Origin: Styela clava | Lineage: Eukaryota | Length of the DNA: 64,000 nucleotides | Assembly: GCF_964204865.1 (NCBI RefSeq) | Contig: NC_135260.1 | Coordinates: 15,314,001 to 15,378,000, forward strand | Reading direction: 5' to 3' | Shown: in pieces, positions 63,076-64,000 of the stretch | Layout of the letters: each line of letters begins with the position of its first letter | Position numbering within the stretch: position 1 is the first letter of the stretch | The notes under the pieces: generated by a model | What the model was told of the DNA's origin: nothing | The model's input: the letters and a program-made list of their open reading frames with translations, nothing else | Databases searched by the model: none | Position numbers and translations under genes: made by a program

Positions 63076-63327
63076 CGCTCTAACCTAATAGCGACACCGC
63101 GTGTCCCATCACTAACCAATTAATACCTCGCTAATTATACGACATAATTCATTCAAAATCAATAGGCCTTTGGTTCGAGATATGATGAATGCACATGCAA
63201 AATTTGGATCAGATTCAACCTCGCTTTCGTGAGATATCGCGTAACATACGAAAGTGTCTAACAGACAGACAAACAAACAGACAAATACCTACAAACATAC
63301 TTACCGATCAAGATCGACAAGTAATAA
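63076..63327 (-). mobile_element. HINE-like copy, inverted relative to 62651-62942
   Basis: Reverse complement of the same core, microsatellite and 5' inverted repeat. Confidence 0.75.
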
Positions 63328-64000
63328 TATCTACACTTCCTTTGTATTTCACGCCAGGCGTGTCCAACTCGAAGGAGGCTTCCGGGGGCCACATTGTATG
63401 TTGAGTATTGTGCCAAGCGCCGCATGCAATTTTCGATCTATTTTCATAATTCATACTTATAGCAGGCCTGCACAACTCAAATTACCACGAGGGCCACAAG
63501 CATAAATCTTAAGTCTCGGCGGGCCGCAAACTTTGCCACATACCTATTTCACAAGATGAACTACAAATCAAAATAATTTTGTAAAACACTTAAATTAAAT
63601 TAACACTTTCATTACTGGGGAGCTTAAAAATATGAAGAATCTTATTTTCTTGAGTAAAAACAAGGTACAGTATTTTTGCATATGAGATGGCAAATATGTA
63701 TTTAGTGGTTCATCTACCTTGAAAACCCACCCTTCATTTTCAATACTTCTTTTGTATTAGAATTAGGTATTGTGTGTTGCAGTATAAACTGACTGCAGGA
63801 AAATATTTTACTCGGGTTCAGTTTTGTAAAATCGTCCCAAATATATGTATGACAATTTATTTAGTCATATGTATCATTATTGGATATTTCCATTGCATGT
63901 TAGATTAGACAAACAATCCGTTTAGTAGCAATAGATTCTCCTGTGTTGTACTTTTTGACTGTTAAATTACATTTTTCTACAAAATCTGTCCCAATTTATT

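Overview
AT-rich animal (eukaryotic) genomic DNA with spliceosomal introns. An invertebrate chordate such as an ascidian is plausible, but that is inference only. Four host protein-coding genes are supported. (1) A five-coding-exon BMP3/GDF10-type TGF-beta ligand (+, 9701-17071, about 713 aa); its upstream region and first intron are strongly enriched in RCAGGTG (Snail-type E-box) sites. (2-4) Three housekeeping genes whose coding sequences are completely intronless: RPL18a (+, 31088-31621), NGLY1/PNGase (-, 32608-34494) and TGFBRAP1/Vps3 (+, 43172-45907). Much of the remainder is nested transposon debris. It includes a full-length hAT element with perfect TIRs/TSD inside a decayed pogo/DDE_1-PHD element, many hAT MITEs, AT-flanked ISL2EU-like elements (one THAP-bearing), a tRNA-headed SINE family, Helentron-associated (HINE/DINE-1-like) elements, a piggyBac fragment, and a 26-bp palindromic micro-element with an 8-bp TSD in the NGLY1 promoter. 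A ~2-kb tandem duplication near the right end carries a conserved signal-peptide-like exon. No prokaryotic features, CRISPR arrays or rRNA were seen. All identifications are by eye from motifs; no searches were run.
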